Shown here piece by piece: positions 31,561 to 41,340 of a DNA stretch of 64,000 nt. Below the pieces are notes generated by a model. That model did no database searches and had not been told where the DNA came from. It worked only from the letters and a program-made list of their open reading frames with translations. This stretch comes from an uncultured Acidimicrobiaceae bacterium (lineage in GTDB: Bacteria > Actinomycetota > Acidimicrobiia > Acidimicrobiales > RAAP-2). The position numbers and the translations under genes are program-made. The stretch's first letter is position 1. Every line of letters begins with the position of its first letter. The stretch is taken from the NCBI GenBank assembly GCA_963755665.1, contig CAVWKU010000019.1, positions 5,202 to 69,201 of the forward strand, read 5' to 3'.

Positions 31561-32564
31561 GGCTCCTCCGACCGCGGGGGTCGGGAGCGGAACGGCACGG
31601 ACCTTCCGGGGTCGACCTGGGCCCGCCGGCGCCTTCGGCGATGCCGGTGCAGCCACGCCGTGAGCTCGGAGCGGAATTCGCGGCGGATCGAGGATCTCGG
31701 CGTGATCGAGCAGACCGAGGATCCAGGAGCGGAGCTCGGGAAACCCCGCCACGCGCAAGGCAGACGACGACCGAGCCGTCGTCGGCGCGGCTCTCGACCC
31801 GGTCGGCCCCCACCTCCTCGGCCACTCTCGGCCCTTCGATGGCGATCCACCCGGATGCGCGTGACGACATGGTCGTCGCCCTCGGCGCGCCATGGCTCGT
31901 CCGGCAGAGATGCCTTAATGTCGATGCCTTCGGGAAGGACCGCACCGCCCGGAGTCTCGAGGTGCACCGCCTCTTCGATCCGGTCGACACGAAACGTGCG
32001 CACCGCCGCACGGTCGAGGTCCCACGCCACCAGGTACCAGTGCCCGAACCGGAACCAGAGCCCGGCCGGAGCCACGCGGCGCATGCCGTTGCGGTAGGAG
32101 AACGACGCCACGGTCTGTGTGCGCACCGCCTCGAAGAGATCGATCAGCGCACGCGGCGTCACCAGCGTGGCGATGGGACGCACCTCGCCCAGGCCGGTAG
32201 CGCCCAACTTCAAGAGCGCATCTCGACCGCTAGGATCGTCGAGGTGCACGCCGGCAACGGCCAGGTGGAGGGCAACTTGCTCGTCGGGCTCGAGCGCCAG
32301 GTCAGGCAGGTAGAACGCGTCGCGATCGATCTGGTAGCCGTACTGTTCCAGCCCGTCCAACCGTTGGGTCAGCACGGGGATCCCCTCGTCGCGCAGGAGC
32401 CGCTTGTCCCGCTCGAAGGCCTGGCGTCGTGCCGAATGCTCCTCGGGGTACCCGGGCACGTGGATGGCGATGGCGTCCAACGTCAGGGGCTGCTCGGTGT
32501 TGAGCAGGACCAGGACGAGGTCCGTCACGCGTTCGAGTCGGTCGAGTCGTGCCGGGGCAGCCAT
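31561..32564 (-). CDS. PafB-like HTH-WYL transcriptional regulator, several frame changes in the C-terminal third
   Basis: RLDRLERVTDLVLVLLNTEQPLTLDAIA...FERDKRLLRDEGIPV...ASFSYRNGMRRVAPAGLWFRFGHWYLVAWDLDRAAVRTFRVDRI (ORF 31416..32603). The tail pieces are in ORFs 31427..32011 and 30754..31893. Confidence 0.65.
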
Positions 32565-32593
32565 CGGGGAGAGCCTACGGCCGCTGCGAGCCC

Positions 32594-33482
32594 GTGACGG
32601 CACTGGCCCACCCCTTCGACTGGCATCTCAACCTCTTTTGGACGGTGGCCATCCCCGCCCTCCTCGTCGCGTATCTCGTCGCCACCCGCAACGAGGAATA
32701 TCGGGCCACCCGTCGTCAGACGATGTGCTTCGTCCTCGGCGTGGTGGCCCTGGTCGTGGCCTTCATGTGGCCGCTCGGGGACCTCGCCGCGCGCTGGTCG
32801 CTCCTCGCCCTCGTGGCGCAGCGGCTCCTGCTGCTGCTGGCCGTGCCGCCGTTACTCGTCGTCGGCACGCCCCGGCCGATCCTCATACGGCTCACCAGGC
32901 CCCCGCCGTCGATGCCGTCTTGCGCCAAGCCGTAAAACCCGTCCCCGCCGTCGTGTTCGTCACCGTGGTCGCCGTGGGGACATTGACCACGGGGGTGGTC
33001 AGCCTGGCCGCCCGCTCCGAGGTCGCCCGTGTGGTGGTCCAGCTCTTGGTCCTGCTCTCGGGGTTCGTCCTCTGGGCACCGGTGCTCACCGAACTGCCCG
33101 GGGTGAAACCTCTCTCCGCCGTCGGGCGCGGGGCGTACCTGATCGTGCAGTCGATCGTGCCGAGCTTTCTCTCCGTGGTGTGGATCTTCGCCCGCCGACC
33201 GCTGTACGCCTCCTACGACCACCACGAAGCGGTCCTCGGCATGTCATCGGTGCTCGACCAGCAGCTGGCGGGCTTCCTGGCCAAGCTGTGCACCATCGCC
33301 GTGCTCTGGACCGTCGCCTTCTCGCTGATGACGCGATCGCATAGCCGCGGCCGGGGCCGAAGAGGATCCGGAGCCCTTGCTGTGGTCCGACGTCGAGACG
33401 GGAGATCCAACGGGCCGACCGTCGCGGCTCTGCGCACGCGATCGCCATGGCTCCCGAGGACCACTCCGCCCGCAGGCACTGA
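32594..33482 (+). CDS. ctaG: Cytochrome c oxidase assembly factor CtaG (caa3-type membrane protein), 2-3 frame changes
   Basis: GTG near 32594. Multi-pass membrane protein across ORFs 32549..32935 and 32404..33516 (LWAPVLTELPG...YLIVQSIVPSFLSVVWIF...VLDQQLAGFLAKL). The inferred tail is EDPEPLLWSDVE. Confidence 0.65.
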
Positions 33483-33546
33483 TCCGCCCGGGGATCACCC
33501 GCCGCCCGCAGCGTGACATCGTCGCGGCCTGACGCGGCTGACGCCG

Positions 33547-33874
33547 TCAGGCCAGCGAAGCTCCCCGGAGCTCGTCCAGCGACAGCTCGGCGGTCTGGTT
33601 GCCGCCGCACTGCGGGCACTGCTCGACGTGACGCCACGAACGGAGCAGACGTGACCCCTCCGGGTTCAGCAGCACCACGAACGACTCAGAGATCGGATCG
33701 ATCTCCAATCCGAAGTAGGGGCGCCACGCCGTCGTCGCCGCGTGGGCGTCCAGCGCCAAGCCCTTTGAGGATTCGCCTGAAGCGAAGCCTCTCGGTGTCG
33801 AAGATCCACGTGCTGTGACACGACTCCAACACGAACAGCGTGTCGTCCCCTGAATGATCCACTCTCTTGATCAT
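33547..33874 (-). CDS. Small hypothetical protein with a C-terminal CPQCGG zinc-ribbon-like motif, one frame change near 33750
   Basis: ORF 33686..33874 (MIKRVDHSGDDTLFVLESCHSTWIFDTERLRFRRILKGL) continues in ORF 33547..33759 (...WRPYFGLEIDPISESFVVLLNPEG...VEQCPQCGG). Confidence 0.4.
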
Positions 33875-33960
33875 GCCGGATTCATTACCAAAACAGTGCG
33901 CGGAATAATCACATATTCGTTGCGAACAGATGACAATCCTTTCACACCCAGCTCACACAT

Positions 33961-35322
33961 CTATTGCGGACCAGCATCGTGCTTACGGCCCACGAGGAAC
34001 TCGCGTTTGGTCGCGAGCTGGCGCAGCACCGAGCAGAGGACGATCCGGGTGTCCGCCGGATCGATCACCTCGTCCACCAATCCACGCTCGGATGCAGGCC
34101 AGGGGTTCAGGAACGCCTCCTCGTACCCCGTCTCCCGGTCCGCTCTCTCCGCGGGGTCGATCCCCCGGTGCAGGATCTGCACCGCGCCCGACGCGCCCAT
34201 GACGGCGATCTCGGCGGCCGGCCAGGCCAGGCAGATGTCGTTGCCGATCCCGCGCGAGTCCATCACGATGTAAGCACCCCCGAAGGCCTTGCGAAGAATC
34301 AGGCAGACCCGGGGCACGGTGGCCTGGGCGTAGGCGAAGGCGAGTTCCGCCCCGTGGCGGATCATCCCCCGCCATTCGAGGTCCTTGCCGGGGAGGAACC
34401 CGGGGGTGTCCACGAGGCTGACGATGGGCAGGTTGAACGAATCGCAGAAGCGGACGAAGCGTGCCGCCTTCTGGGAAGCCGCGATGTCCAGGGTCCCGGC
34501 GAGGATCCGGGGCTGGTTGGCCACGATGCCCACCGAGACTCCCCCGATATGGCAGAACCCCGTCACGATCTGGCCGGCCCAGCGGGGCCACAACTCGAGG
34601 AACTCGCCGTCGTCGACCACGTGGCGGACGACATCGCGCACGTCGTAGGTCGCCGCCTTGCGTTCAGGGATCAGGTCGCGCAGCTCGGGGGTGGAACGGA
34701 GCACCGGGTCGGTGACAGTCCACGGCGGGGGGATCTCGTCGGCGTGCGACGGAAGGTGCTCCAACAGCGCGGCCAGCGCTCCCTCCACGTCGTCGGTCTC
34801 CACCGCGCACACGCCGCTCGATCGGGCGTGCGTGCTGACCCCGCCCAACTCGTGCAGCTCGACCTCGACGCCGGTGAATTCCGCCACCATCTGCGGGCCC
34901 GAGACGAACGCCACGGCCTCGGAGTTCATGACGACCAGGTCGGCCAACCCCAGCAACAGGGCCGGCCCCGAGACGACCGGACCGGTGGCCGCCATCAGCA
35001 CCGGCACGATGCCGCTGCAGGCCGCGATCGCTGCGGCGGCCTGGCCCCACCCGTGGAGCGCCGCGACGCCGTCGAGCACGTCGGCGCCGCTCGACGCCAC
35101 AATGAAGACGAGCGGAATGCGGAGGCGACGGGCCAGATCGGCCGATTCCGCCAGTCGCACGCCGTCGGCGTAGGTGAGGGCACCCCGCCGTTCCAACGAG
35201 TACGACCGGGCCACCACCACATCGCGGCCCCCCATACGGCCGATGCCCGAATTGACGGTGCCGGTGATGCCCTTGCCGATACCGATGCGATCGGCCACAC
35301 GTCCATTCACGGCGAGAGTCAC
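33961..35322 (-). CDS. Acyl-CoA carboxylase carboxyltransferase (beta) subunit
   Basis: Intact 453-aa ORF. Both carboxyltransferase halves are recognisable (IVASSGADV...; DTPGFLPGKDLEWRGMIRHGAELAFAYAQATVP...RKAFGGAYIVM). Confidence 0.85.
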   Translation of the reverse strand: MTLAVNGRVADRIGIGKGITGTVNSGIGRMGGRDVVVARSYSLERRGALTYADGVRLAESADLARRLRIPLVFIVASSGADVLDGVAALHGWGQAAAAIAACSGIVPVLMAATGPVVSGPALLLGLADLVVMNSEAVAFVSGPQMVAEFTGVEVELHELGGVSTHARSSGVCAVETDDVEGALAALLEHLPSHADEIPPPWTVTDPVLRSTPELRDLIPERKAATYDVRDVVRHVVDDGEFLELWPRWAGQIVTGFCHIGGVSVGIVANQPRILAGTLDIAASQKAARFVRFCDSFNLPIVSLVDTPGFLPGKDLEWRGMIRHGAELAFAYAQATVPRVCLILRKAFGGAYIVMDSRGIGNDICLAWPAAEIAVMGASGAVQILHRGIDPAERADRETGYEEAFLNPWPASERGLVDEVIDPADTRIVLCSVLRQLATKREFLVGRKHDAGPQ

Positions 35323-35371
35323 TGCGGGTGAATATAGACAGAACGGTGTGGAAGCACCGCCGTTGTGCGGA

Positions 35372-35869
35372 TTAGGGACGAGCCTCGGCCCGGCGCCAGG
35401 GGCCCGATCGTCCGCCCGACTTCTCCCAGAGGGCCACGTGATCGATGGTCATGGTCCGGTCGGAGGACTTGCACATGTCGTACACGGTGAGGGCCGCGGT
35501 GGTGCAGGCCATCATCGCTTCCATTTCGACACCGGTGCGGTCCACCGTCTCGACCTGGGCCTCCACCTCCACGAAGTCGTCCCCGATGGAGAAGTTGACT
35601 GCAATGGACCCCACCAGGACGGGGTGGCACATGGGGATGAGCTCCGCTGTCCGCTTGGCCGCCTGGATGCCGGCGATCCGGGCTGCCGCGAGCACATCTC
35701 CCTTGGTGATGGCGTTGTTGGCCACCAAGGTGGTCGTCTCGGGCAACATCGAGACCCGGCACCGGGCGAGCGCCCGGCGGTGGGTCGGCTCCCGCGGGGT
35801 GACATCGGTCATGCGAGCACCGCCTAGCGGATCGAGATGGGCCAGGCTGCGATCGGACACGAATCCCAA
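35372..35869 (-). CDS. moaC: Cyclic pyranopterin monophosphate synthase MoaC
   Basis: Intact ORF. KGDVLAAARIAGIQAAKRTAELIPMCHP...GVEMEAMMACTTAALTVYDMCK are MoaC signatures. Confidence 0.9.
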   Translation of the reverse strand: MGFVSDRSLAHLDPLGGARMTDVTPREPTHRRALARCRVSMLPETTTLVANNAITKGDVLAAARIAGIQAAKRTAELIPMCHPVLVGSIAVNFSIGDDFVEVEAQVETVDRTGVEMEAMMACTTAALTVYDMCKSSDRTMTIDHVALWEKSGGRSGPWRRAEARP

Positions 35870-35993
35870 GTGTACGGCCTCCGCCGGCAGGACGTGGCGA
35901 CCTACGGCAACGGCGGGTGATGTGGCCTGATCGGAGCGCCGTTCGGGTAGAGTTGGCAGTCACAAGCAGCGAGTGCCAATCCAAGGAGTGCAA

Positions 35994-36374
35994 TTGCCGA
36001 CCTATGAGTACGCCTGCAAGGCGTGTGGGCACCGGCTGGAGGCCGTCCAGAAGTTCACCGACGAAGCCCTGACGGAGTGCCCCGACTGTGGTGGAGCCCT
36101 GCGCAAGGTCTTTGGCGCGCCTGGCATCGTCCTCAAGGGCAGTGGCTTCTACAAGACCGATACCCGCGCCGCGGACAAGCGCTCCGGGTCCGACAAGGCA
36201 TCGTCGAACGGGTCGGACACGTCGTCGAAGTCCGACACCAAGTCCGACACGGGCACGTCCAAGGACGCGGGCTCCGGATCCGGCTCGACGTCGGACTCAT
36301 CATCGTCGGGCTCGAGCACGAGCAAGGACAAGCCGGCCAAGGAGTCCAAGCCGGCCGCTTCGACCGCTTCCTAG
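35994..36374 (+). CDS. FmdB-family zinc-ribbon putative regulatory protein with a Ser/Asp/Lys-rich tail
   Basis: AAGGAG, then TTG at 35994. PTYEYACKACGHRLEAVQKFTDEALTECPDCGG..LRKVF is the family motif. Confidence 0.8.
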   Translation: MPTYEYACKACGHRLEAVQKFTDEALTECPDCGGALRKVFGAPGIVLKGSGFYKTDTRAADKRSGSDKASSNGSDTSSKSDTKSDTGTSKDAGSGSGSTSDSSSSGSSTSKDKPAKESKPAASTAS

Positions 36375-36409
36375 GCGCCCAGGGGACGGTTACTAGGCCC
36401 AGGGGACGG
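36372..36409. repeat. Imperfect tandem duplication TAGGC(G)CCCAGGGGACGG, 2 copies
   Basis: Read directly. It starts at the fmdB-like stop codon. Confidence 0.7.
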
Positions 36410-36453
36410 CCGACGACCGCTGACTGGGCACGGGACACCGCCGGACACCCTGC

Positions 36454-36489
36454 AAAAGTCAAACGCTAGAGTCCTAGCGGTTAACTTTT
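36454..36489. repeat. Conserved AT-rich palindromic hairpin P2 (same family as P1 and P3)
   Basis: AAAAGTCAAACGCTAGAGTCCTAGCGGTTAACTTTT. It shares the flanks CCCTG.AAAAG and TTTTAGAGG with P1 and lies between convergent genes. Confidence 0.7.
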
Positions 36490-36495
36490 AGAGGC

Positions 36496-36786
36496 GCTTG
36501 TGGCATATCTGTATGTGACTCCGCCCTCTCCTTCCCGGCTTACGGAAGAGGCGAAAAGGCGGCAACTAGGCCAGCCGCAAGGCGGCTGACCAGCTCAATC
36601 GTGGCTGGCGCGGAGTACACCACCGGGCTCGTCAAGGGGTCGGCCGGCCACTCGTGTCCGGCCTCGCCTGCGGCGCCCCATGACGAACCCTGATGGCGAT
36701 GGGAGTGAGAGAGGCAAAGCCCAGCCCACGCGGCCATCTTGGCCCTACCCGCTGGTCAACGGACCCACAGATACGTCAGGAGAGTC
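36496..36786 (-). repeat. GC-rich structured repeat, copy B (minus orientation), bracketed by the direct repeat CTTTTAGAGGC (36485-36495 and 36787-36797)
   Basis: Its reverse complement aligns with 10797..11005. On the minus strand it starts 18 nt after the pmbA stop and ends at hairpin P2. The spurious ORF 36540..36737 shares GAAGEAGHEWPA with ORF 10496..10870. Confidence 0.6.
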
Positions 36787-36814
36787 CTTTTAGAGGCCTT
36801 CCCAGCACCCGACT

Positions 36815-38207
36815 TCAGTCCCCGCTGAGCTGCATGTCGGCGATGGCCAACGTCTGACCGGCCGCCACGCCGGGGAGCCAGCGCAGGTCGCCGCCGATCT
36901 CCACCACGGAATGCAGCATCCGTTGCAAGGTCGAGGCCACGGTGACCTCGCGCACAGGTTCGGCCAGGACGCCACCGCGGATGAGCAGGCCCTCGGCACC
37001 GACCGAGAAGTCGCCCGCTCACCGTGTTGACCCCCGAGTGGATGCCGGTGACCGACTGGACGTAGAGCCCCTCGCCGACCTGCGGCCAGGATCTCCTCGG
37101 CACTTTTGGTCCCGGGCGAGAGCACAACGGCCCGGCAGCCGGCCGAGGGGGTCCCGGCGAAGCCACCCCGCACCGCCGATCCGGTCGAACGGGTCTGGGC
37201 CCGCCGGGCCGACACGGTGTCGTAGACGAACATCTGGAGCATGCCGTCGGAGATCAGGACGTTGCGGCGGCACGCCAGTCCTTCGCCGTCATAGGACGCG
37301 GCGCTGAAGGCGCGACCGTCGGTCGGGTCGTCGATCAGGGTGACGCCGGCCCCGGCCACCGACTCACCGATCCTCCCGGCGAAGAACGAGCGACCCTTGA
37401 CCACGGCCTCTCCCGAAAGGGCGGAGGCGACGACCGAAAGGAGGGTCGAGACGACGCGCGGGTCGAAGACGACGGTGCACCGGCCGGATTTGGCCTTCTG
37501 GGCCCCGAGCAACCGGGTGGAACGCAGCACGGCATCGGCCATGGCCTCGTCCGGATCGAGCGCGGCCGGGGACCGGCCCACGCTGAAACCGGTCCCGGTC
37601 TGCGAGTCCGCACCCTCGCCGGCGATGGCGTCGACCGAGATGAACGCCGTGGTGCGGCGGGTGGACGAGCGGATGCCCGTGGTCGAGGCCAGTGCCACCT
37701 CGACCCGGGCGTCGGAGTAGTCGGCCGAGGAGACCTGGCGGACCCGGGGGTCGGCGCCGCGCGTCGCCCGCTCGAGCTCGAGGGCCAGGGCGATCTTCTC
37801 GTCCATGGGCGTGGTGATGACCGCCGTCGTCCCACAGATCCTGATCGACGGCGGCGACGCCGTCCGGCTCCGCCAGCACGACATCGGGGTCCGGGGTGGC
37901 GTAACGGGCATTGTCCCGGGCATCGCTCAGCGCGGCCTTCACCACCGTCGGATCGAGCGAGCCGGCCCAGGCGAACCCCAGCCGGCTCCCTTCGCCGGGC
38001 GGGCCCTTCGAGGAGGACGCGGATGCCCACGCCCGAGGAGTCCGCCGAGGTCAGCGACTCCACCGCACCGTCGTAGGCCCGGACCTCGTTCTCCGTGCCC
38101 CGGGTGACGTAGACCTCCATGCCCTCGCCGGCCTGGGCCTGCTCGACGACGGAGGTGGCCAGCTCCATCAGATCGCTCCCGAGGCTCACTTCACGCACGC
38201 TGCCCAC
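36815..38207 (-). CDS. pmbA: PmbA/TldE-type metalloprotease subunit, about 4 frame changes
   Basis: Pieces are in ORFs 37335..38294, 37364..37945, 36790..37923 and 36756..37166 (GEGLYVQSVTGIHSGVNTVSG; inferred tail ...LAIADMQLSGD). A possible GTG start overlaps the tldD stop. Confidence 0.7.
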
Positions 38208-39610
38208 TACGCCGTCCCGCCCAGGGTGACTCCGGTGATCCGCAGGGTGGCCTGCCCGCACCCGACGGGCACGCTCTGGCCGTCCTTGCCGCACGTGCCG
38301 GGCGTCATGTCGAAGTCATCGGCCACGGCATCGATCCGGCGCAGCACCTCGGGCCCGTTCCCGATGAGGTTGGCGTCACGCAACGGTTCGGTGAGATGGC
38401 CGTCCTCGATGAGGTACGCCTCGGTCGTGCCGAACACGAAGTCGCCGGTCGTCGTGTTGACCTGGCCGCCGCCGAGCTTGGAGACGTAGACGCCGGTGGG
38501 GGTCTGGGCCACGATTTCGTCCGCCTTCTCCGTGCCGGCCAGAAGGTACGTGTTGGTCATCCGCACCATCGGGAGATGCTGGTAGGACTGGCGACGACCG
38601 TTGCCCGACGATTTCCTGCCTTCCTTCCGGGCGCGCAACCAGTCCCACATGTAGTCGGTGAGGACGCCGTTCTCGATGAGCACGTTGCGGGCCGGCGCAT
38701 TGCCCTCGTCGTCCACCGCGAAGTTGCCCCACTCCCCGAGGACGGTGCCGTCGTCGACCAGGGTGACGAGCGGGCTCGCCACGAGCTTGCCCATCTGCCC
38801 CGTGTAGACCGAGGCATCCTTGACGATGTGGTCGGCCTCGAGGCCGTGCCCGCAGGCCTCGTGGAAGAGGATGCCGCCGCTCCCGCCGGCCAGCACGATG
38901 GGCACCTCGCCCGAAGGGGCGGGGCGGGCGGAGAGCTTGGCCAGCGCCCGGTTCGCCGCGGTGCGGGCGATGTCCTCGACCTTGTAGCGCTCGAAGATCT
39001 CGAAGCCCTCCGTGCGGGCCAACGATTCGTAGCCGGTCTGCATGCCGGTGTCGCCGTTGGCCACGCACATGACGTTGAACCGGGTCCGGACCTGGTCGTC
39101 TTCGGCCCAGAGGCCGTCCGAGTTGGCGATCAGGATGCGCCGGTGGCTGTCGCCGCACCCCACCTGCACCTGGCTGATGGAACCGCCCGCGGCTCGTGCC
39201 GCCTCGTCGGCGCGGACCAGAAGGTCGAGCTTGGTGGACTTGGGCACCGAGCCGGGGAGGGTCCGCTCGCCGCGGTCGTGGCTGAAGGTGGGCCCGGGCG
39301 GCATGGCCACGGTGCGGACGGTGCCGCCGCCCTCACGGGCCACCGAAGCCGCAGCGGCGGCGGCGGCCAGCAGGCCGGCCTCGCTGAGGTCCGACGTGTG
39401 GGCGAACCCGGTCGTCTCGCCCGCCACCACCCGGATCCCCGCACCGCGCGAACGGCCCGAGGAGAGCTCCTCGACCCGACGGTCGTCGAGCATGGCGCTG
39501 GCCGTCATGCTGTCCTCCGCGAACACCTCGGCCATGTCCCCGCCGTGCGAAAGCGCCGCCCCGAGGACGTTTTGGAGAACATCGGGCTCGATCAGAGAAG
39601 TGTCGGTCAC
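38207..39610 (-). CDS. tldD: TldD metalloprotease
   Basis: Uninterrupted within ORF 38207..40483, from GTG near 39610. Motifs include GILFHEACGHGLEAD and GVYVSKLGGGQVNTTTGDFVF. Confidence 0.9.
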   Translation of the reverse strand: MTDTSLIEPDVLQNVLGAALSHGGDMAEVFAEDSMTASAMLDDRRVEELSSGRSRGAGIRVVAGETTGFAHTSDLSEAGLLAAAAAAASVAREGGGTVRTVAMPPGPTFSHDRGERTLPGSVPKSTKLDLLVRADEAARAAGGSISQVQVGCGDSHRRILIANSDGLWAEDDQVRTRFNVMCVANGDTGMQTGYESLARTEGFEIFERYKVEDIARTAANRALAKLSARPAPSGEVPIVLAGGSGGILFHEACGHGLEADHIVKDASVYTGQMGKLVASPLVTLVDDGTVLGEWGNFAVDDEGNAPARNVLIENGVLTDYMWDWLRARKEGRKSSGNGRRQSYQHLPMVRMTNTYLLAGTEKADEIVAQTPTGVYVSKLGGGQVNTTTGDFVFGTTEAYLIEDGHLTEPLRDANLIGNGPEVLRRIDAVADDFDMTPGTCGKDGQSVPVGCGQATLRITGVTLGGTA

Positions 39611-39629
39611 GGGCGGTATCGTAATCGTC

Positions 39630-40079
39630 GTGCCCAGTTCCCCCTCCGGCAGCGGCAGCACCCCGCCCGCAGGGCACGGGCCGCACTCGGGCCTCACGGC
39701 CCAGGTCGAGCTGACGGTGGGCGAGGAGGACACGGCGCAGTACTTCCGCTCGGGCGACGTCCCCGTGCTGGCGACGCCGCGGCTCATCGCCATGTGCGAG
39801 GAGGCCGCGCTGCGCGCCACCGAGGGGCATCTCACCGCGGAGCAGTCGAGCGTGGCCACGCGTGTCCAGTTCGACCACCTGGCCCCCGTCGGTATCGGCA
39901 AGGTCGTGCTGGCCGAGGCCACGTTGGTCAAGGTCGAGGGCCGTCGTCTCACCTTCACCGTCTCGGCGGCCCGCCTCGAACGTGACGGCGGCGGCCTCGT
40001 GGGCGCCGGGCGGGTGACGCGGGTGCTGGTCAACGAGGCCACCTTCTTGGCCAAGGCCGGCGCCACCGGCGAGTCCTGA
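39630..40079 (+). CDS. Hotdog-fold thioesterase family protein
   Basis: C-terminal 150 aa of ORF 39042..40079, from GTG near 39630. TAQVELTVGEEDTAQYFRSGDVPVLATPRLIAMCEEAA...GKVVLAEATLVKVEGRRLTF resembles the FlK/4HBT-like thioesterase layout. Confidence 0.6.
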   Translation: MPSSPSGSGSTPPAGHGPHSGLTAQVELTVGEEDTAQYFRSGDVPVLATPRLIAMCEEAALRATEGHLTAEQSSVATRVQFDHLAPVGIGKVVLAEATLVKVEGRRLTFTVSAARLERDGGGLVGAGRVTRVLVNEATFLAKAGATGES

Positions 40080-40147
40080 TCGGGGCGCACCGCCCCACCG
40101 GCGGGCCCACCGACCGGCCCACGGCCTCGCAAACCGTCCCGACCGGA

Positions 40148-41325
40148 GTGCCGGCGGGGATGGGGCCGGTGGTCGCCGCCTTCGTCACCTTCGGCCTCTT
40201 CTGGGGGAGCTGGGCGGTCATGGTCTTCAACATCCAGCGCACCTTCGCCCTCTCCGATGCCGGGCTCGGTGTCCTGCTGGCGCTCGCCATCGCGCTCGCC
40301 GGCGCCTCCAGCGCGGTCATGGCCCACCTGGCCAACCGCGTCGGCGCCCGCCGCCTGCTGTGGATCGCCCTGTTGGCCTGGTCGGGACTCCTCGTCGTCA
40401 TGAGCGCCGTCCAGCAGAAGTGGGCCTTCGTCGGCGTCCCTGGTGCTGGTCGAGATCGCCGGGGGCAGCATCGACACCGCCATGAACGCCGAGGCGACCC
40501 ATCGCTTCGACGGGCCGGCCCTCGGCGCTGCTCCGATTCCACGCCCTGTTCAACTGCGGCGCGATCGCGGGCGCCGCCGCGGCGGGGATCGTCCTCCATG
40601 CCGGTGTCTCGTGGCGCTGGATCTGGCCCGGGGTGGCCGTGGTCGCGCTCGGCCGTCGGCCTGTGGACGCTCTCCCTCGGGCCCGAGCCGGCGCCGGACG
40701 CCACGTCGTCGGCCGCCCGCGTGAGCGGCCCACGTGCAATCCCGGTCCGGCGCATCCGCCGCGACGGGCTCCTGCTCCTGCTGGCCGATCTTCGCCCTGG
40801 CCGAGGTCACCGAGGGAGGGGTCGACACCTGGGGCGTCCTCTACCTGCGCAACCACCTGGCCACGGGCGTCCTGCTCGGGCGCCGGCGCCTACGTCGTCG
40901 GCCAGGTGGTGGCCGCCACCACACGTTCGGCCGGCAGCACGGTGGTCGGACGGCTGTCGGTCCGCCACGCGCTCTTCGTGGGCGGCTGCATCGCCGGTGG
41001 CGGGATACTGCTCGAGTCGCTCTCCCCCCTCTCGGGCCTGGCCGCGCTCGGGCTGGCCCTCGGGGCCGGCGGCGCCTCGTTGTTCTGGCCCCTGGTCATG
41101 AGCAACGTGAGCCGTCTGGCCAGCCAGGTCGTCAGCGCCGTGGGGACCTTCACCGCGGCGGGCTACATCGGTTGGGTGGCCGGCGCGCCCATCGTCGGGT
41201 GGGTCTCGCAGGCCTTCGGCCCCCAGCACGGACTGCAGGTCCTGGCCGTGGCGGCCCTGGCCGTCGCCGCGGTCTCGCTTGCTCGGCAACGCAAAGAAGC
41301 CCACGAACCGGACACGACGGGCTAG
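40148..41325 (+). CDS. MFS transporter, 4-5 frame changes
   Basis: Hydrophobic helices run through ORFs 40148..41101, 40443..40724, 40734..41405 and 40633..41325, in a 12-TM-like layout. Confidence 0.6.
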
Positions 41326-41340
41326 CGTGGTGCGAGAGCC

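Noticed and set aside
38396-39985. 529-aa ORF on the plus strand
   Set aside because: It is antisense to the intact tldD. Only its last ~150 codons (in the 39042..40079 frame, from about 39630) correspond to a real thioesterase gene.
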